DNA of 57,920 bases from Patescibacteria group bacterium (GCA_018829965.1 JAHJTG010000013.1:1-57920), one strand, 5' to 3'; positions 41,518 to 50,408 are shown, counted from the first letter of the stretch. Notes: generated by a model from the sequence alone, not told the origin. Numbers and translations: made by a program.

Positions 41518-41715
41518 CTTAAGCCCTTTCGTATAAAAATAAAAAGAACAATTAATTTAACAGTATAATTTTATTAACAAAATAAACCATGATTGTCAGG
41601 ATTTTTGAAAATTAGACTATTCCAGAGTTAATTTCGCTTGACTATATCCCAAATATTTAATAAGATAACAGATATTGTTTAAAAATTAAAAAATTAATAA
41701 TTAATTAAAAATATT

Positions 41716-41833
41716 ATAGAGGCGATAAATCGCCTATATATTTAATCGCTCAGTCAGAATGAAAGTTTCGGTCGTCGAAAATAACTTTGTTATTTTCTCC
41801 CTTCCTCAGTTTTCATTCTTTCTTCGCTCATAA
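41716..41833 (+). repeat. Leader cassette family F, copy 6 (upstream of tuf)
   Basis: AGGCGA-TAAA-TCGCCT, then ATATATTTAATCGCTCAGTCAGAATGAAAGT...TTTTCATTCTTTCTTCGCTCATAAAT. It ends 2 nt before ATG 41836. Confidence 0.8.
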
Positions 41834-41835
41834 AT

Positions 41836-43032
41836 ATGGCAGTAGAAAAATTCGAGAGGTCAAAACCTCATATAAATATCGGTACCATTGGTCACGTTGA
41901 CCATGGCAAAACCACTTTATCGGCCGCAATTATGAAGATTTCAAAATTGCGCGGTTTTAAGTGTTCGGATAAGAGCGTTGATCAAATCGACGCATCTCCG
42001 GAAGAAAAAGCAAGAGGGGTGACGATTTCAATTACTCACTTAGAATTTGAAACAGAAAAAAGGCATTATGCTTTGATTGATTGCCCGGGTCACGCTGACT
42101 ATATTAAAAATATGATTACAGGAGCTGCCCAAATGGACGGCGCGATTTTATTAGTTTCTGCCCCAGATGGGCCAATGCCTCAAACAAAAGAGCATGTTCT
42201 TTTAGCCCGTCAGGTTGGTTTGCCAACCTTAGTTGTCTTTTTGAATAAAGTTGACCAAGTTGATGACCCAGAAATTTTAGAATTAGTTGAATCAGAGGTA
42301 AAAGAATTATTGAAGAAATATAAATATCCTGGAGATGAAATTCCTATTATAAGGGGTTCAGCTTTGAAGGCTTTAGAAGCTAAATCAGCTGATGATGAAA
42401 ATGCAAAGTGTATTATTCAATTGTTAGACGCAGTAGACAACTATATTCCCGAACCTTCCAGAGAATTAGATAAACCTTTTATTATGGCAGTTGAAGATGT
42501 TTTCTCAATTGAAGGTAGGGGAACAGTAGCTACGGGAAGAATTGAAAGAGGTATTGTCAAATCTAATGAAGAAGTAGAAATAGTCGGTATTAAACCAACT
42601 TCAAAAACAGTCGTGGTTTCAGTTGAAATGTTTAATAAGTCCTTAGATGAGGGAAGAGCGGGCGATAATGTAGGCTTGCTTTTGAGGGGTATTAAAAAAG
42701 AAGATATTGAAAGAGGTCAGGTTTTGGCTAAAGCCGGTTCAATTACTCCTCACACTGAATTTGAAGGCGAAGTTTATGTTTTAACAAAAGAAGAAGGCGG
42801 TCGTCATACCCCGTTCTTTTCAGGTTATAAGCCACAACTTTATATTAGAACAACTGATATTACTGGTGACGTAACATTGCCAGCAGGAACTGAAATGGTA
42901 ATGCCAGGTGATACCGCCAATTTAACAGTTAAATTAATCGCCCCAGTTGCATTAGAAGAAAAACAAAGATTTGCGATTAGAGAAGGAGGCAAAACAGTCG
43001 GCGCAGGAGTAGTTACCAAAATTATCAAATAA
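41836..43032 (+). CDS. tuf: Elongation factor Tu
   Basis: [22 protein letters not shown]. Confidence 0.97.
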   Translation: MAVEKFERSKPHINIGTIGHVDHGKTTLSAAIMKISKLRGFKCSDKSVDQIDASPEEKARGVTISITHLEFETEKRHYALIDCPGHADYIKNMITGAAQMDGAILLVSAPDGPMPQTKEHVLLARQVGLPTLVVFLNKVDQVDDPEILELVESEVKELLKKYKYPGDEIPIIRGSALKALEAKSADDENAKCIIQLLDAVDNYIPEPSRELDKPFIMAVEDVFSIEGRGTVATGRIERGIVKSNEEVEIVGIKPTSKTVVVSVEMFNKSLDEGRAGDNVGLLLRGIKKEDIERGQVLAKAGSITPHTEFEGEVYVLTKEEGGRHTPFFSGYKPQLYIRTTDITGDVTLPAGTEMVMPGDTANLTVKLIAPVALEEKQRFAIREGGKTVGAGVVTKIIK

Positions 43033-43035
43033 TTT

Positions 43036-43170
43036 TGGAAATCCCAAATCCAAAATCCTAAATTCTAAACAAATCCAAATATCAAAATCAAAAATCCAAA
43101 ACACGTTTTGAATTTTGAAAATTTGAGTTTTGAACTTATTTAGGATTTAGTGCTTAGTATTTAGAATTTC
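43036..43170. repeat. Intergenic palindromic element family B, copy 3
   Basis: GGAAATCCCAAATCCAAAATCCTAAATTCTAAAC...AAACACGTTTTG...TTTAGGATTTAGTGCTTAGTATTTAGAATTTC. Confidence 0.75.
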
Positions 43171-43190
43171 AAAAAATTAGATTTTTTGTC

Positions 43191-43592
43191 ATGCCAGTAA
43201 AGAAAGTAATAAAGTCCCGACTTAGTCGAGGATCCTCGTCAGAGACGGGAAAAATTGAAAAAGCAGAAGAAAAGGTTGCTGAAGAAGCAAAGCCTCGACT
43301 TCGCATCAAACTCCAAGCTTATGACCATAAGATAATTGATAATAGTGCTCGGCAAATTATTGATATTGCAACAAGATATGGGGCAGATGTGATAGGGCCT
43401 ATTCCTTTACCAACTGAAATATTAAAATTTACCGTGGACAGGTCTAGTTTTATTCATAAAGATGCAAGAGAACAGTTTGAAATGAGAGTCCATAAACGTA
43501 TAATTGACATTTTAAATCCTAATCCGGATATTTTAGAAGCATTGAGAGACATAAACCTTCCTTCCGGGGTTGATATTGCTGTAAAGATTTAA
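43191..43592 (+). CDS. rpsJ: 30S ribosomal protein S10 with a ~30-aa N-terminal extension
   Basis: RLRIKLQAYDHKIIDNS core. The extension contains a GC element. Confidence 0.9.
   Translation: MPVKKVIKSRLSRGSSSETGKIEKAEEKVAEEAKPRLRIKLQAYDHKIIDNSARQIIDIATRYGADVIGPIPLPTEILKFTVDRSSFIHKDAREQFEMRVHKRIIDILNPNPDILEALRDINLPSGVDIAVKI
43214..43250 (+). repeat. GC-rich intragenic element family GCI-2 (in the rpsJ N-terminal extension)
   Basis: GTCCCGACTTAGTCGAGGATCCTCGTCAGAGACGGGA. It shares GTCCCGAC...GGATCCTCG...CGGGA with the SDR insert. Confidence 0.7.
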
Positions 43593-43724
43593 AGTAGTCC
43601 CTCTTGTAATTGAGAGGGATATATTGTAGAATTGCAATAATTATGGAGATAAAATATTTTTAATAAAAAATCCGAAGTTAAGTCCTTAGTTTTTAAATAC
43701 CGGGCTTAATGCCCGGTATTCAGT

Positions 43725-43806
43725 TATATGGATAGTGAAGCTATCCATATAATTAATCGTTCGGTCGGAATGATAATGAATTCTCATCCCTTCCTCACTC
43801 ATAATT
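43725..43806 (+). repeat. Leader cassette family F, copy 7 (upstream of rplC)
   Basis: TATATGGATAG-TGAA-CTATCCATATA, then ATTAATCGTTCGGTCGGAATGATAATGAATTCTCATCCCTTCCTCACTCATAATT. Confidence 0.8.
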
Positions 43807-43813
43807 ATAAAAA

Positions 43814-44452
43814 ATGAAATTTATTCTTGGTCAAAAAATTGGAATGTCACAATTATTCGGTAAGGATAGCAAAGTGGCGCCAGTAACCCTGATTGAAGTC
43901 GGGCCTTGTTATGTTTTACAGAAAAAGACTAAAGAGAAAGATGGATATGAAGCGCTTCAAATAGGATTTAATAAAATTGAGAAAAAGAATAAGATTTTAA
44001 AATCTCAAAAAGGAAAAGAGTACAAATATATAAAAGAGTACCGATTGCAAAGCAATCGAGTATCCTCAATAGAATCGGGACAAAATATAAAAGATCCTTT
44101 AGATATTAAAGTCGGAGATAAGATTGATGTATCAATTTTTAAAGAAGGAGACAAAGTAAAGATTGCTGGTATTTCTAAAGGAAAAGGTTTTCAGGGAGCA
44201 ATAAAAATGTGGAACTTTGCCGGGAAGTTTGCTTCGCACGGCGTAAAGCACGAGCACAGAAGCATAGGATCAATCGGCGGTCGTTTTCCACAAAGAGTTG
44301 TTCCGGGAAAGAAAATGCCGGGTCGTATGGGAGGGGAAAGAATAACAGTAAAAAATTTAGAAATAATGAAAATTGATTTGGAAAACAATTTATTAATAAT
44401 TAAAGGAGCGGTTTCGGGGAGAAAGGGAACTTTGTTAGAGATTAAAGGATAA
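43814..44452 (+). CDS. rplC: 50S ribosomal protein L3
   Basis: FKEGDKVKIAGISKGKGFQG...HRSIGSIG. Confidence 0.92.
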   Translation: MKFILGQKIGMSQLFGKDSKVAPVTLIEVGPCYVLQKKTKEKDGYEALQIGFNKIEKKNKILKSQKGKEYKYIKEYRLQSNRVSSIESGQNIKDPLDIKVGDKIDVSIFKEGDKVKIAGISKGKGFQGAIKMWNFAGKFASHGVKHEHRSIGSIGGRFPQRVVPGKKMPGRMGGERITVKNLEIMKIDLENNLLIIKGAVSGRKGTLLEIKG

Positions 44453-44527
44453 AATATTTAAGTAAATTTAAAACAAAAAGGCGCCTATTTTCATAGACGC
44501 CCTGGATAGACGATTCTGTCGGTTTAT

Positions 44528-44809
44528 TTAAGCAGTTTTTTCGGCGGTAGCGGCGGTAGGCTTTTTGGAGATTTTAGGCATAATTGTTTCGATGCTTATC
44601 TTTCTGAATTTTTCCTTTACGGCCTTAATCGTTGCGAAAAGCATAGGCAGTATGATCGAGCTTGAAACTATTGCAACCGCTAAAATCAGGCCAACAAAAA
44701 TAGGTTTATTATTACCCCTATAAAGGAAATAATTTGAAAAAGAAATAACGAGGAGGAAAAGACTATAACCGGCGAGCATTGAATAACCAAACCAAAGATT
44801 TTTATCCAT
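44528..44809 (-). CDS. Small 3-TM membrane protein encoded antisense between rplC and rplD
   Basis: AAGGAGA 7 nt upstream of ATG 44809 (MDKNLWFGY...), three hydrophobic spans. The track start 44857 is rejected. Confidence 0.5.
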   Translation of the reverse strand: MDKNLWFGYSMLAGYSLFLLVISFSNYFLYRGNNKPIFVGLILAVAIVSSSIILPMLFATIKAVKEKFRKISIETIMPKISKKPTAATAEKTA

Positions 44810-44882
44810 TTTTTGTCTCCTTGTATAAAAAAAGAAATAAATATTTTTAAACAGCAATTAATAAATAGTATAAGTTAAAAAC

Positions 44883-45563
44883 ATGAATGTCAAGGTTTTA
44901 AATCAAAAAGGGAAAGAAGTTGGAAGTGCCTTATTGCCAAAGGAAATTTTTGATGTAAAGATGAATTCTGATTTAGTCCATCAGGTTAAAGTTTCTCAGA
45001 TGTCTAACCATAGGCAAGGGTCAGCCCATACAAAAGACAGATCAGAAGTGAGAGGAGGGGGGAAAAAACCATGGAGGCAGAAAGGAACAGGCAGAGCTAG
45101 AAGTGGTTCCAGTCGTTCGCCAATTTGGAAAGGTGGTGGAGTGACCTTTGGTCCTAGAAATGATAAGAATTACAAAAAAGAGATTCCAAGGAAAATAAGG
45201 AGAAAAGCCTTACTTATGGTTTTGTCTCAAAAATTTAGAGAAAACTTATTAGTTGTTTTAGATGAATTAAAATTGGAAAAATCCCAGAACGAAAACCTTC
45301 GGTTTTCTACGGGGCAGGCAAAAACAAAATTAACCAAATCAATGGCAGAAATTATAAAAAAATTACCATTTCAAGATAAAAGCTGTTTAATTGCTTTACC
45401 TAATTATGACAAGAAAATAATTTTAGCAGCAAGAAATATTCCTAAGGTTAGCACAATTGAAGCAAGAAACCTTAATGTTTTAGATTTATTGAATTCTAAA
45501 TACTTATTGATGTCAAAAGATACGATAAAAGCAATTAAAGAAACATTCCTTGGTAGCGTCTAG
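44883..45563 (+). CDS. rplD: 50S ribosomal protein L4
   Basis: GGGKKPWRQKGTGRAR. Confidence 0.92.
   Translation: MNVKVLNQKGKEVGSALLPKEIFDVKMNSDLVHQVKVSQMSNHRQGSAHTKDRSEVRGGGKKPWRQKGTGRARSGSSRSPIWKGGGVTFGPRNDKNYKKEIPRKIRRKALLMVLSQKFRENLLVVLDELKLEKSQNENLRFSTGQAKTKLTKSMAEIIKKLPFQDKSCLIALPNYDKKIILAARNIPKVSTIEARNLNVLDLLNSKYLLMSKDTIKAIKETFLGSV
45283..45319 (+). repeat. GC hairpin insert in rplD
   Basis: Perfect hairpin GAAAACC-TTC-GGTTTTC followed by TACGGGGCAGG (GCI-1-like end), translated SQNENLRFSTGQA. Confidence 0.55.
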
Positions 45564-45620
45564 GGTATAGCGTTTAGCGTATAGTTAACTGAACCCTGAA
45601 CCCTGAACCCTAAACCCTAA
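45553..45620 (+). repeat. Intergenic element family C (TAGCGTATAGGG.. / ..AACCCTAAACCC), copy 1
   Basis: TAGCGTCTAGGGTATAGCGTTTAGCGTATAGTTAACTGAACCCTGAACCCTGAACCCTAAACCCTAA. It contains the rplD stop codon. Confidence 0.8.
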
Positions 45621-45634
45621 TTATAAAAATAATC

Positions 45635-46093
45635 ATGAAATTATCAGATATTTTTAAAAAGAAAATAAAAAAACAGAAAAAAACAGAGGTTAAAGAAATT
45701 GAAACAATTGCGGAGAAGAAACCTGTCCACAATGCTCCCGCCCCAACTTCAAAGATGTTGGCGGATGCAGGCGGGGAAGCTCCAAAAAGAGAAACTGTGA
45801 AGCGCAAGAAAAGCGTAGCTACTGTCTATAACATTGTTTCAGAGCCGCATATTTCAGAAAAATCAATGGGTTTGAATGAAATTAACCAGTACATATTTGA
45901 TGTTTTTCCAAAAGCTAATAAGGTTCAGATAAAAGAGGCGATAGAAATAATTTATGGAGTAGATGTTTTATCAGTAAATATAATTAATATCGCGCCAAAG
46001 AAAAGAAGATTAGGAAAAATTCAGGGTTTTAAAAAAGGATACAAAAAGGCAATAGTAAAAGTGAAGGCTGGACAAAAAATAGAGATTTTATAA
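45635..46093 (+). CDS. rplW: 50S ribosomal protein L23 with a ~55-aa N-terminal extension
   Basis: The core IFDVFPKANKVQIKEAIEIIYGV is preceded by a K/E-rich extension. Confidence 0.85.
   Translation: MKLSDIFKKKIKKQKKTEVKEIETIAEKKPVHNAPAPTSKMLADAGGEAPKRETVKRKKSVATVYNIVSEPHISEKSMGLNEINQYIFDVFPKANKVQIKEAIEIIYGVDVLSVNIINIAPKKRRLGKIQGFKKGYKKAIVKVKAGQKIEIL
45722..45776 (+). repeat. Degenerate GCI-1 copy inside the rplW extension
   Basis: CCTGTCCACAATGCTCCCGCC...GGCGGATGCAGGCGGGG (compare CCTGCCCGCAATGCTTCGCCCGCC...GCGATGCAGGCGGGG). Confidence 0.6.
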
Positions 46094-46095
46094 AT

Positions 46096-46204
46096 ATCAG
46101 CGTAAATCCGCTATCATCAGCGTAATCAGAAGAGTCATTTCACGACCCGCAAGCGGGTACCCCGAAAAAGATAACTGCTGATTAATAGCTGATTGCCACA
46201 GATT
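46096..46204 (+). repeat. Intergenic palindromic element family A, copy 2 (with nested GC hairpin)
   Basis: ATCAGCGTAAATCCGCTATCATCAGCGTAATC..CACGACCCGC-AA-GCGGGTACCCCG..ATAACTGCTGATTAATAGCTGATTGCCACAGAT. Confidence 0.85.
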
Positions 46205-46211
46205 AAAAAAC

Positions 46212-47039
46212 ATGAAGATATATAAACCTAATACATCAAGCCAAAGAGGAATGACTGGAATTGATTATTCTATTTTAATAAAGAAAGAGCCAGAGAAGAC
46301 TCTTACCGTTTCTTTACAAAGAAGAGTTGGAAGGGCAAGTAATGGCAGAATTACTACTCGTCATAGAGGGGGTGGAGTAAAAAGAATGTATAGAATAATT
46401 GAGTTTAAGCAACCAAAGTTAGAAGTAGCAGGGAAGATTATTTCCTTAGAATATGACCCGAATAGAACGTCTTTTATTGCTTTAGTCCAATATCCAGATA
46501 ATAGCAAGGTTTATATTTTAGCCCCTAAAGATTTAAAAGTTGGGGATACGGTTATTTGTGGAGAAAAAACTCCTATAGCTCTTGGGAACAGAACAAGGCT
46601 TAAAAATTTATTGGTAGGAACTATGGTTCATAATATTGAATTTGAGCCAGGAAGAGGTGGAATAGCTGTAAAAGGAGCTGGGACAGGAGCCCAGATATTA
46701 GCTCAAGATGGCCCATATACACAATTAAAAATGCCGTCAACTGAAATCAGAAAATTAAAAAGCGATTGTTTTGCTTCAATCGGTATGGTTTCTAATTCGG
46801 AACATCGTTTTGTTAATATTGGAAAAGCAGGAAGGGCAAGATTAATGGGGAAAAGACCTGCGGTTCGGGGTACCGCTATGAACCCTTGCGACCATCCTCA
46901 CGGAGGTGGCGAAGGTAGGCAACCCATTGGCCTGAAACATCCTAAGACCCCATGGGGTAAAGCGGCTTTAGGACTTAAGACAAGAAAAAGAAGCAAACGA
47001 TCAAATAAGTTCATTATTCAAAGAAGAATTAAAAAATAA
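46212..47039 (+). CDS. rplB: 50S ribosomal protein L2
   Basis: CDHPHGGGEGR. Confidence 0.96.
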   Translation: MKIYKPNTSSQRGMTGIDYSILIKKEPEKTLTVSLQRRVGRASNGRITTRHRGGGVKRMYRIIEFKQPKLEVAGKIISLEYDPNRTSFIALVQYPDNSKVYILAPKDLKVGDTVICGEKTPIALGNRTRLKNLLVGTMVHNIEFEPGRGGIAVKGAGTGAQILAQDGPYTQLKMPSTEIRKLKSDCFASIGMVSNSEHRFVNIGKAGRARLMGKRPAVRGTAMNPCDHPHGGGEGRQPIGLKHPKTPWGKAALGLKTRKRSKRSNKFIIQRRIKK

Positions 47040-47040
47040 T

Positions 47041-47134
47041 ATTAGCGTAAATCCGCTATCATCGGCGTAATCAAAAAAAGTATTTCAACACACAGAAAAG
47101 ATTACCGCTGATTAATAGCTGATTACCACAGATA
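47041..47134 (+). repeat. Intergenic palindromic element family A, copy 3
   Basis: ATTAGCGTAAATCCGCTATCATCGGCGTAATC...GATTACCGCTGATTAATAGCTGATTACCACAGATA. Near-identical to copy 1. Confidence 0.85.
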
Positions 47135-47139
47135 AAAAC

Positions 47140-47484
47140 ATGTCCCGTAGCTTAAAAAAGGGTCCGTATATAGACCCAAGATTATTAGAAAAAATAGGGA
47201 AAGTAAGAAAGGGGGATAAGGTTATTATTAAAACATGGGCAAGAGCTTCATCAATTGCGCCAGAAATGATTGGCTTTACTTTTGGCGTTCACAATGGGAA
47301 AGAGCACATCCCAGTTTATATCACAGAAGATATGGTAGGACATAAACTTGGAGAATTTGCTTCAAGTACAAAATTCCAAAGACATGGAGGCAGGATGCAA
47401 AAGGAAATAGAAGCAGGAGCTGAACAAAAGGAGGTAGCAAAGACAGAAGCAGTAATTAAGCCGGCTGATAATCCAGTTAAATAA
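47140..47484 (+). CDS. rpsS: 30S ribosomal protein S19 (C-terminally extended)
   Basis: SRSLKKGPY and GHKLGEF. Confidence 0.93.
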   Translation: MSRSLKKGPYIDPRLLEKIGKVRKGDKVIIKTWARASSIAPEMIGFTFGVHNGKEHIPVYITEDMVGHKLGEFASSTKFQRHGGRMQKEIEAGAEQKEVAKTEAVIKPADNPVK

Positions 47485-47489
47485 AAACT

Positions 47490-48080
47490 ATGCAGATTAA
47501 AGTTAAATTAAATTATTCAAGAATAGCGCCCAGAAAAGTAAGACAGGTCGCAGATATGATTAGAGGGAAAGGAAGTGAACAAGCTCAGAATATTCTTGAG
47601 TTTACAGTAAGAAAGCCAGTAGTCCCAATTTTAAAACTATTAAACAGCGCATTGGCTACAGCTAAGCATGAGTTTCAGATAGAAGCTACCAATCTTTACA
47701 TTTCCAAAATCATAGTTGATGAAGGACCGAAGTTAAAAAGATTTAGGCCGGTTTCACGTGGAAGTGCCCACCCCTTATGGAAAAGAACATCGCATATCAC
47801 TTTAATTTTAGATGAGATAGATCCGACCGCTAAAAAGAAAACAGCTCGTAGCAAAGGAAAAACAAAAGGTGAATCCTCCTTCGCTAAAGCTACGGCGGAC
47901 AAGAAGGAAGAGTCTATTGAGGCAATAGAAACAAAACCAGTTCAGGAAAATGGAGAGATTTCAAAAGAGGAAGATTTTCAGAAAAAGAAACCTGCTTACA
48001 ATACTTTTGAGAGGAGAGATTTTAAAAAGAAAAAAGGTCAGAATGTTTTAAATAAAATGTTTAGAAGAAAATCCATATAA
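47490..48080 (+). CDS. rplV: 50S ribosomal protein L22 with a ~80-aa C-terminal extension
   Basis: The core ISKIIVDEGPKLKRFRPVSRGSAHPLWKRTSHIT is followed by a K/E-rich tail. Confidence 0.9.
   Translation: MQIKVKLNYSRIAPRKVRQVADMIRGKGSEQAQNILEFTVRKPVVPILKLLNSALATAKHEFQIEATNLYISKIIVDEGPKLKRFRPVSRGSAHPLWKRTSHITLILDEIDPTAKKKTARSKGKTKGESSFAKATADKKEESIEAIETKPVQENGEISKEEDFQKKKPAYNTFERRDFKKKKGQNVLNKMFRRKSI
47874..47900 (+). repeat. Degenerate GCI-3 copy in the rplV tail
   Basis: TCCTCCTTCGCTAAAGCTACGGCGGAC (compare CCGCCTTCGCCAGAGGCTACGGCGGGC at 28048). Confidence 0.45.
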
Positions 48081-48084
48081 GATG

Positions 48085-48151
48085 TAGCGTATGGGGTATA
48101 GCGTTTAGCGTATAGTTAACTAAACCCTAAACCCTAACACCTAAACCCTAA
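48085..48151 (+). repeat. Intergenic element family C, copy 2
   Basis: TAGCGTATGGGGTATAGCGTTTAGCGTATAGTTAACTAAACCCTAAACCCTAACACCTAAACCCTAA. Confidence 0.8.
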
Positions 48152-48155
48152 AAAG

Positions 48156-48809
48156 ATGACACACAAGGTTCATCCAAAATCATACAGAATTAAAGGAATG
48201 GAGGATTGGAGCATCCGCGGTTTTTACGGTAAAAAACCAGCGAAATTATTTGAAGAAGATTTTTTAATAAGAGAATTTTTACAAAAACAATTAACCGAAG
48301 CCTCGGTCGCAAATATTGAAATTGAACATTCCGCGAATAAAATGAATATTATAATTCATACAGCAAGACCAGGTTTAATTATTGGCAGGGGAGGTGAAGG
48401 AATAGAAAAACTAAAGGCGGTTTTATTTAAAAGAGCGCTTAATAGAAAAATTATAAATCCGAAAAAAGAAATAAAAATAGAAATAAGAGAAATAAAAAAT
48501 CCTTTATTGTCCGCTGTTCTTGTAGGCCAACAAATGGCGCAACAGATTGAAAAAAGACTGCCTTTCCGTCAGGTTTTAAAAAGGACAATAGAAAAAGTAA
48601 TGTTAAATAAGGAAGCAAAGGGTGTAAGGGTTGAAGTAGGGGGAAGGTTAAATGGGGTTGAAATCGCAAGAAAAGAATGGTTAAGGCAAGGACGTTTGCC
48701 TAGAAATACAATAAGAGCAGACATTGACTATTCAGAAACCCGAGCCTATTGCACTTATGGTGTGATTGGCATTAAGGTTTGGATTTACAAAGGAGACAAA
48801 TTCGAGTAA
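48156..48809 (+). CDS. rpsC: 30S ribosomal protein S3
   Basis: KH-domain GRGGEGIEKLK and a C-terminal S3 pattern. Confidence 0.94.
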   Translation: MTHKVHPKSYRIKGMEDWSIRGFYGKKPAKLFEEDFLIREFLQKQLTEASVANIEIEHSANKMNIIIHTARPGLIIGRGGEGIEKLKAVLFKRALNRKIINPKKEIKIEIREIKNPLLSAVLVGQQMAQQIEKRLPFRQVLKRTIEKVMLNKEAKGVRVEVGGRLNGVEIARKEWLRQGRLPRNTIRADIDYSETRAYCTYGVIGIKVWIYKGDKFE

Positions 48810-48810
48810 T

Positions 48811-48938
48811 CCTACGAATTACGAATTAAACCGAATTACGAATAAAAAATTCGTAGTGAAAGGTGAAAGTTCGTAAATTCGTACAACCGTACAACACTTT
48901 CCGTATATTCGTAATTCGAAAATATTCGTAATTCGTAA
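48811..48938. repeat. Intergenic palindromic element family D, copy 2
   Basis: CCTACGAATTACGAATTAAACCGAATTACGAAT...ATTCGTAATTCGAAAATATTCGTAATTCGTAAG. Confidence 0.85.
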
Positions 48939-48944
48939 GAGAAC

Positions 48945-49355
48945 ATGAGCATATTAATGCCGAAAAAAGTAAAACACAGAAAATGGCACAAGTATACGTC
49001 TAAGGGTATTGAGAATAGAGCGACTGAATTAAATTTCGGAAGTTTTGGGTTGAAATCGTTAGGAACAAAATGGGTTACAGCAAGGCAAATCGAAGCTGCG
49101 AGAAGGGTAATAATTCGTCATCTTAAAAAAGGGGGAAAACTTTGGATTCGTATTTTTCCTGATAGGCCCATAACTTTTAAAGGAAACGAAGTGCCAATGG
49201 GCGGAGGCAAAGGAGCTGTAGATCATTATGTTTTTGCAGTTAGGCCAGGGAGGATGATTTTTGAATTAGATGGTATTAAAGAAGAAGTAGCAAAAGAAGC
49301 TTTTAAAGTGGCGTCAGGTAAGTTGCCAATTAAGACTAAATTTGTTAAAAGATAA
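48945..49355 (+). CDS. rplP: 50S ribosomal protein L16
   Basis: [10 protein letters not shown] and ARQIEAARR. The start may be ATG 48945 or 48957. Confidence 0.93.
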   Translation: MSILMPKKVKHRKWHKYTSKGIENRATELNFGSFGLKSLGTKWVTARQIEAARRVIIRHLKKGGKLWIRIFPDRPITFKGNEVPMGGGKGAVDHYVFAVRPGRMIFELDGIKEEVAKEAFKVASGKLPIKTKFVKR

Positions 49356-49420
49356 TAGCGTAGGGTATAGCATCTAGGGTATAGCTTATAGTTAACTAAA
49401 CCCTAAACCCTAAAACCTAA
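49356..49420 (+). repeat. Intergenic element family C, copy 3
   Basis: TAGCGTAGGGTATAGCATCTAGGGTATAGCTTATAGTTAACTAAACCCTAAACCCTAAAACCTAA. Confidence 0.8.
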
Positions 49421-49425
49421 AAAAT

Positions 49426-49611
49426 ATGAAAGCAAGTGAATTAAAAAAGAAAAATAAAAAGGAGCTTGAAAAGGATTTGGAAAAATTGAAAGAGAATTTG
49501 AGCGGTCTTCGTTTTAAGCTTGCTGCCAATAAGTTAAAGAATGTTAGGGAAGTAAGGAATATAAAGAAAGATATTGCCAGAATATTAACCATATTAAAAA
49601 TGAAATCCTAA
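49426..49611 (+). CDS. rpmC: 50S ribosomal protein L29
   Basis: 61 aa, ELKKKNKKELEKDLEKLKENL...NKLKNVREVR. The last codons and the stop lie in repeat B4. Confidence 0.85.
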   Translation: MKASELKKKNKKELEKDLEKLKENLSGLRFKLAANKLKNVREVRNIKKDIARILTILKMKS

Positions 49612-49717
49612 ATCCTAAATTCTAAATCCTAAATAAATTCAAATATAAAAGTTCAAAATCAAAAATGTTTAGAATTTAGAAATTAGAGCTTAGAATTTCT
49701 TTTACGAAGTAAAAGTA
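49603..49717. repeat. Intergenic palindromic element family B, copy 4
   Basis: AAATCCTAAATCCTAAATTCTAAATCCTAAAT...TTTAGAATTTAGAAATTAGAGCTTAGAATTTC plus terminal hairpin CTTTTAC-GAA-GTAAAAG. Confidence 0.8.
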
Positions 49718-49719
49718 AT

Positions 49720-49953
49720 ATGCCTAAAAAAACATTACAAGGAAAAGTCGTTTCCGATAAAATGCAAAAGACAGTTGTGGTAGAGGTGGAAAGAATTAAA
49801 GAGCATCCTAAATATAGGAGAAGATTTAAGGTACATAAAAAATATAAGGCTCACGACGAGAAAGGAGAATATAAAGTTGGAGATAAGGTTACGATCGAAG
49901 AATGCAAGCCTTTATCTAAAGATAAAAATTGGAAGGTAGTTAATAAAATATAG
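49720..49953 (+). CDS. rpsQ: 30S ribosomal protein S17
   Basis: [20 protein letters not shown]. Confidence 0.92.
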   Translation: MPKKTLQGKVVSDKMQKTVVVEVERIKEHPKYRRRFKVHKKYKAHDEKGEYKVGDKVTIEECKPLSKDKNWKVVNKI

Positions 49954-50015
49954 CGTTAGCGTCTAGGGTATAGCGTATAGTTAACTAAACCCTAAATCCT
50001 AAACCATAAACCCTG
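49951..50015 (+). repeat. Intergenic element family C, copy 4
   Basis: TAGCGTTAGCGTCTAGGGTATAGCGTATAGTTAACTAAACCCTAAATCCTAAACCATAAACCCTG. Its first TAG is the rpsQ stop. Confidence 0.8.
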
Positions 50016-50020
50016 AAAAA

Positions 50021-50389
50021 ATGATTCAACCAAGGTCAATGTTAAAAGTTGCCGACAATAGTGGAGCTAGGATTATCCAATGCATGTGTGTTTTAGGGGG
50101 AACCCGCAGGCGATATGCCCAGCTGGGTGATGTTATAGTAGCTGCAGTAAAAAAGGCTGACCCAAGAAAATTGGTAAAAAAACACGAAGTGGTGAAAGCG
50201 ATAATTATTCGTCAAAAAAAAGAATATAGAAGAGTAGATGGTTCATATATCCGTTTTGATGATAACGCAGCTGTAATTATTGGAGACGAAAATAAACCAA
50301 AGGGCGGAAGAATTTTTGGTCCTGTAGCGAAAGAAATAAAAGAAAAAGGTTTTAACGATGTGGCAATGTTAGCCTCAGAGTTAGTATAA
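50021..50389 (+). CDS. rplN: 50S ribosomal protein L14
   Basis: MIQPRSMLKVADNSGA. Confidence 0.96.
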   Translation: MIQPRSMLKVADNSGARIIQCMCVLGGTRRRYAQLGDVIVAAVKKADPRKLVKKHEVVKAIIIRQKKEYRRVDGSYIRFDDNAAVIIGDENKPKGGRIFGPVAKEIKEKGFNDVAMLASELV

Positions 50390-50408
50390 AAGATCAGAAA
50401 GAATACAC

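Noticed and set aside
45590-45620. Telomere-like CCCTAAA/CCCTAA tracts (family C, e.g. 45590-45620, 48121-48150, 49398-49420) as eukaryotic contamination or linear-replicon ends.
   Set aside because: There are only 2-4 units, always as one arm of a palindromic element, sandwiched between bacterial ribosomal protein genes in conserved order.
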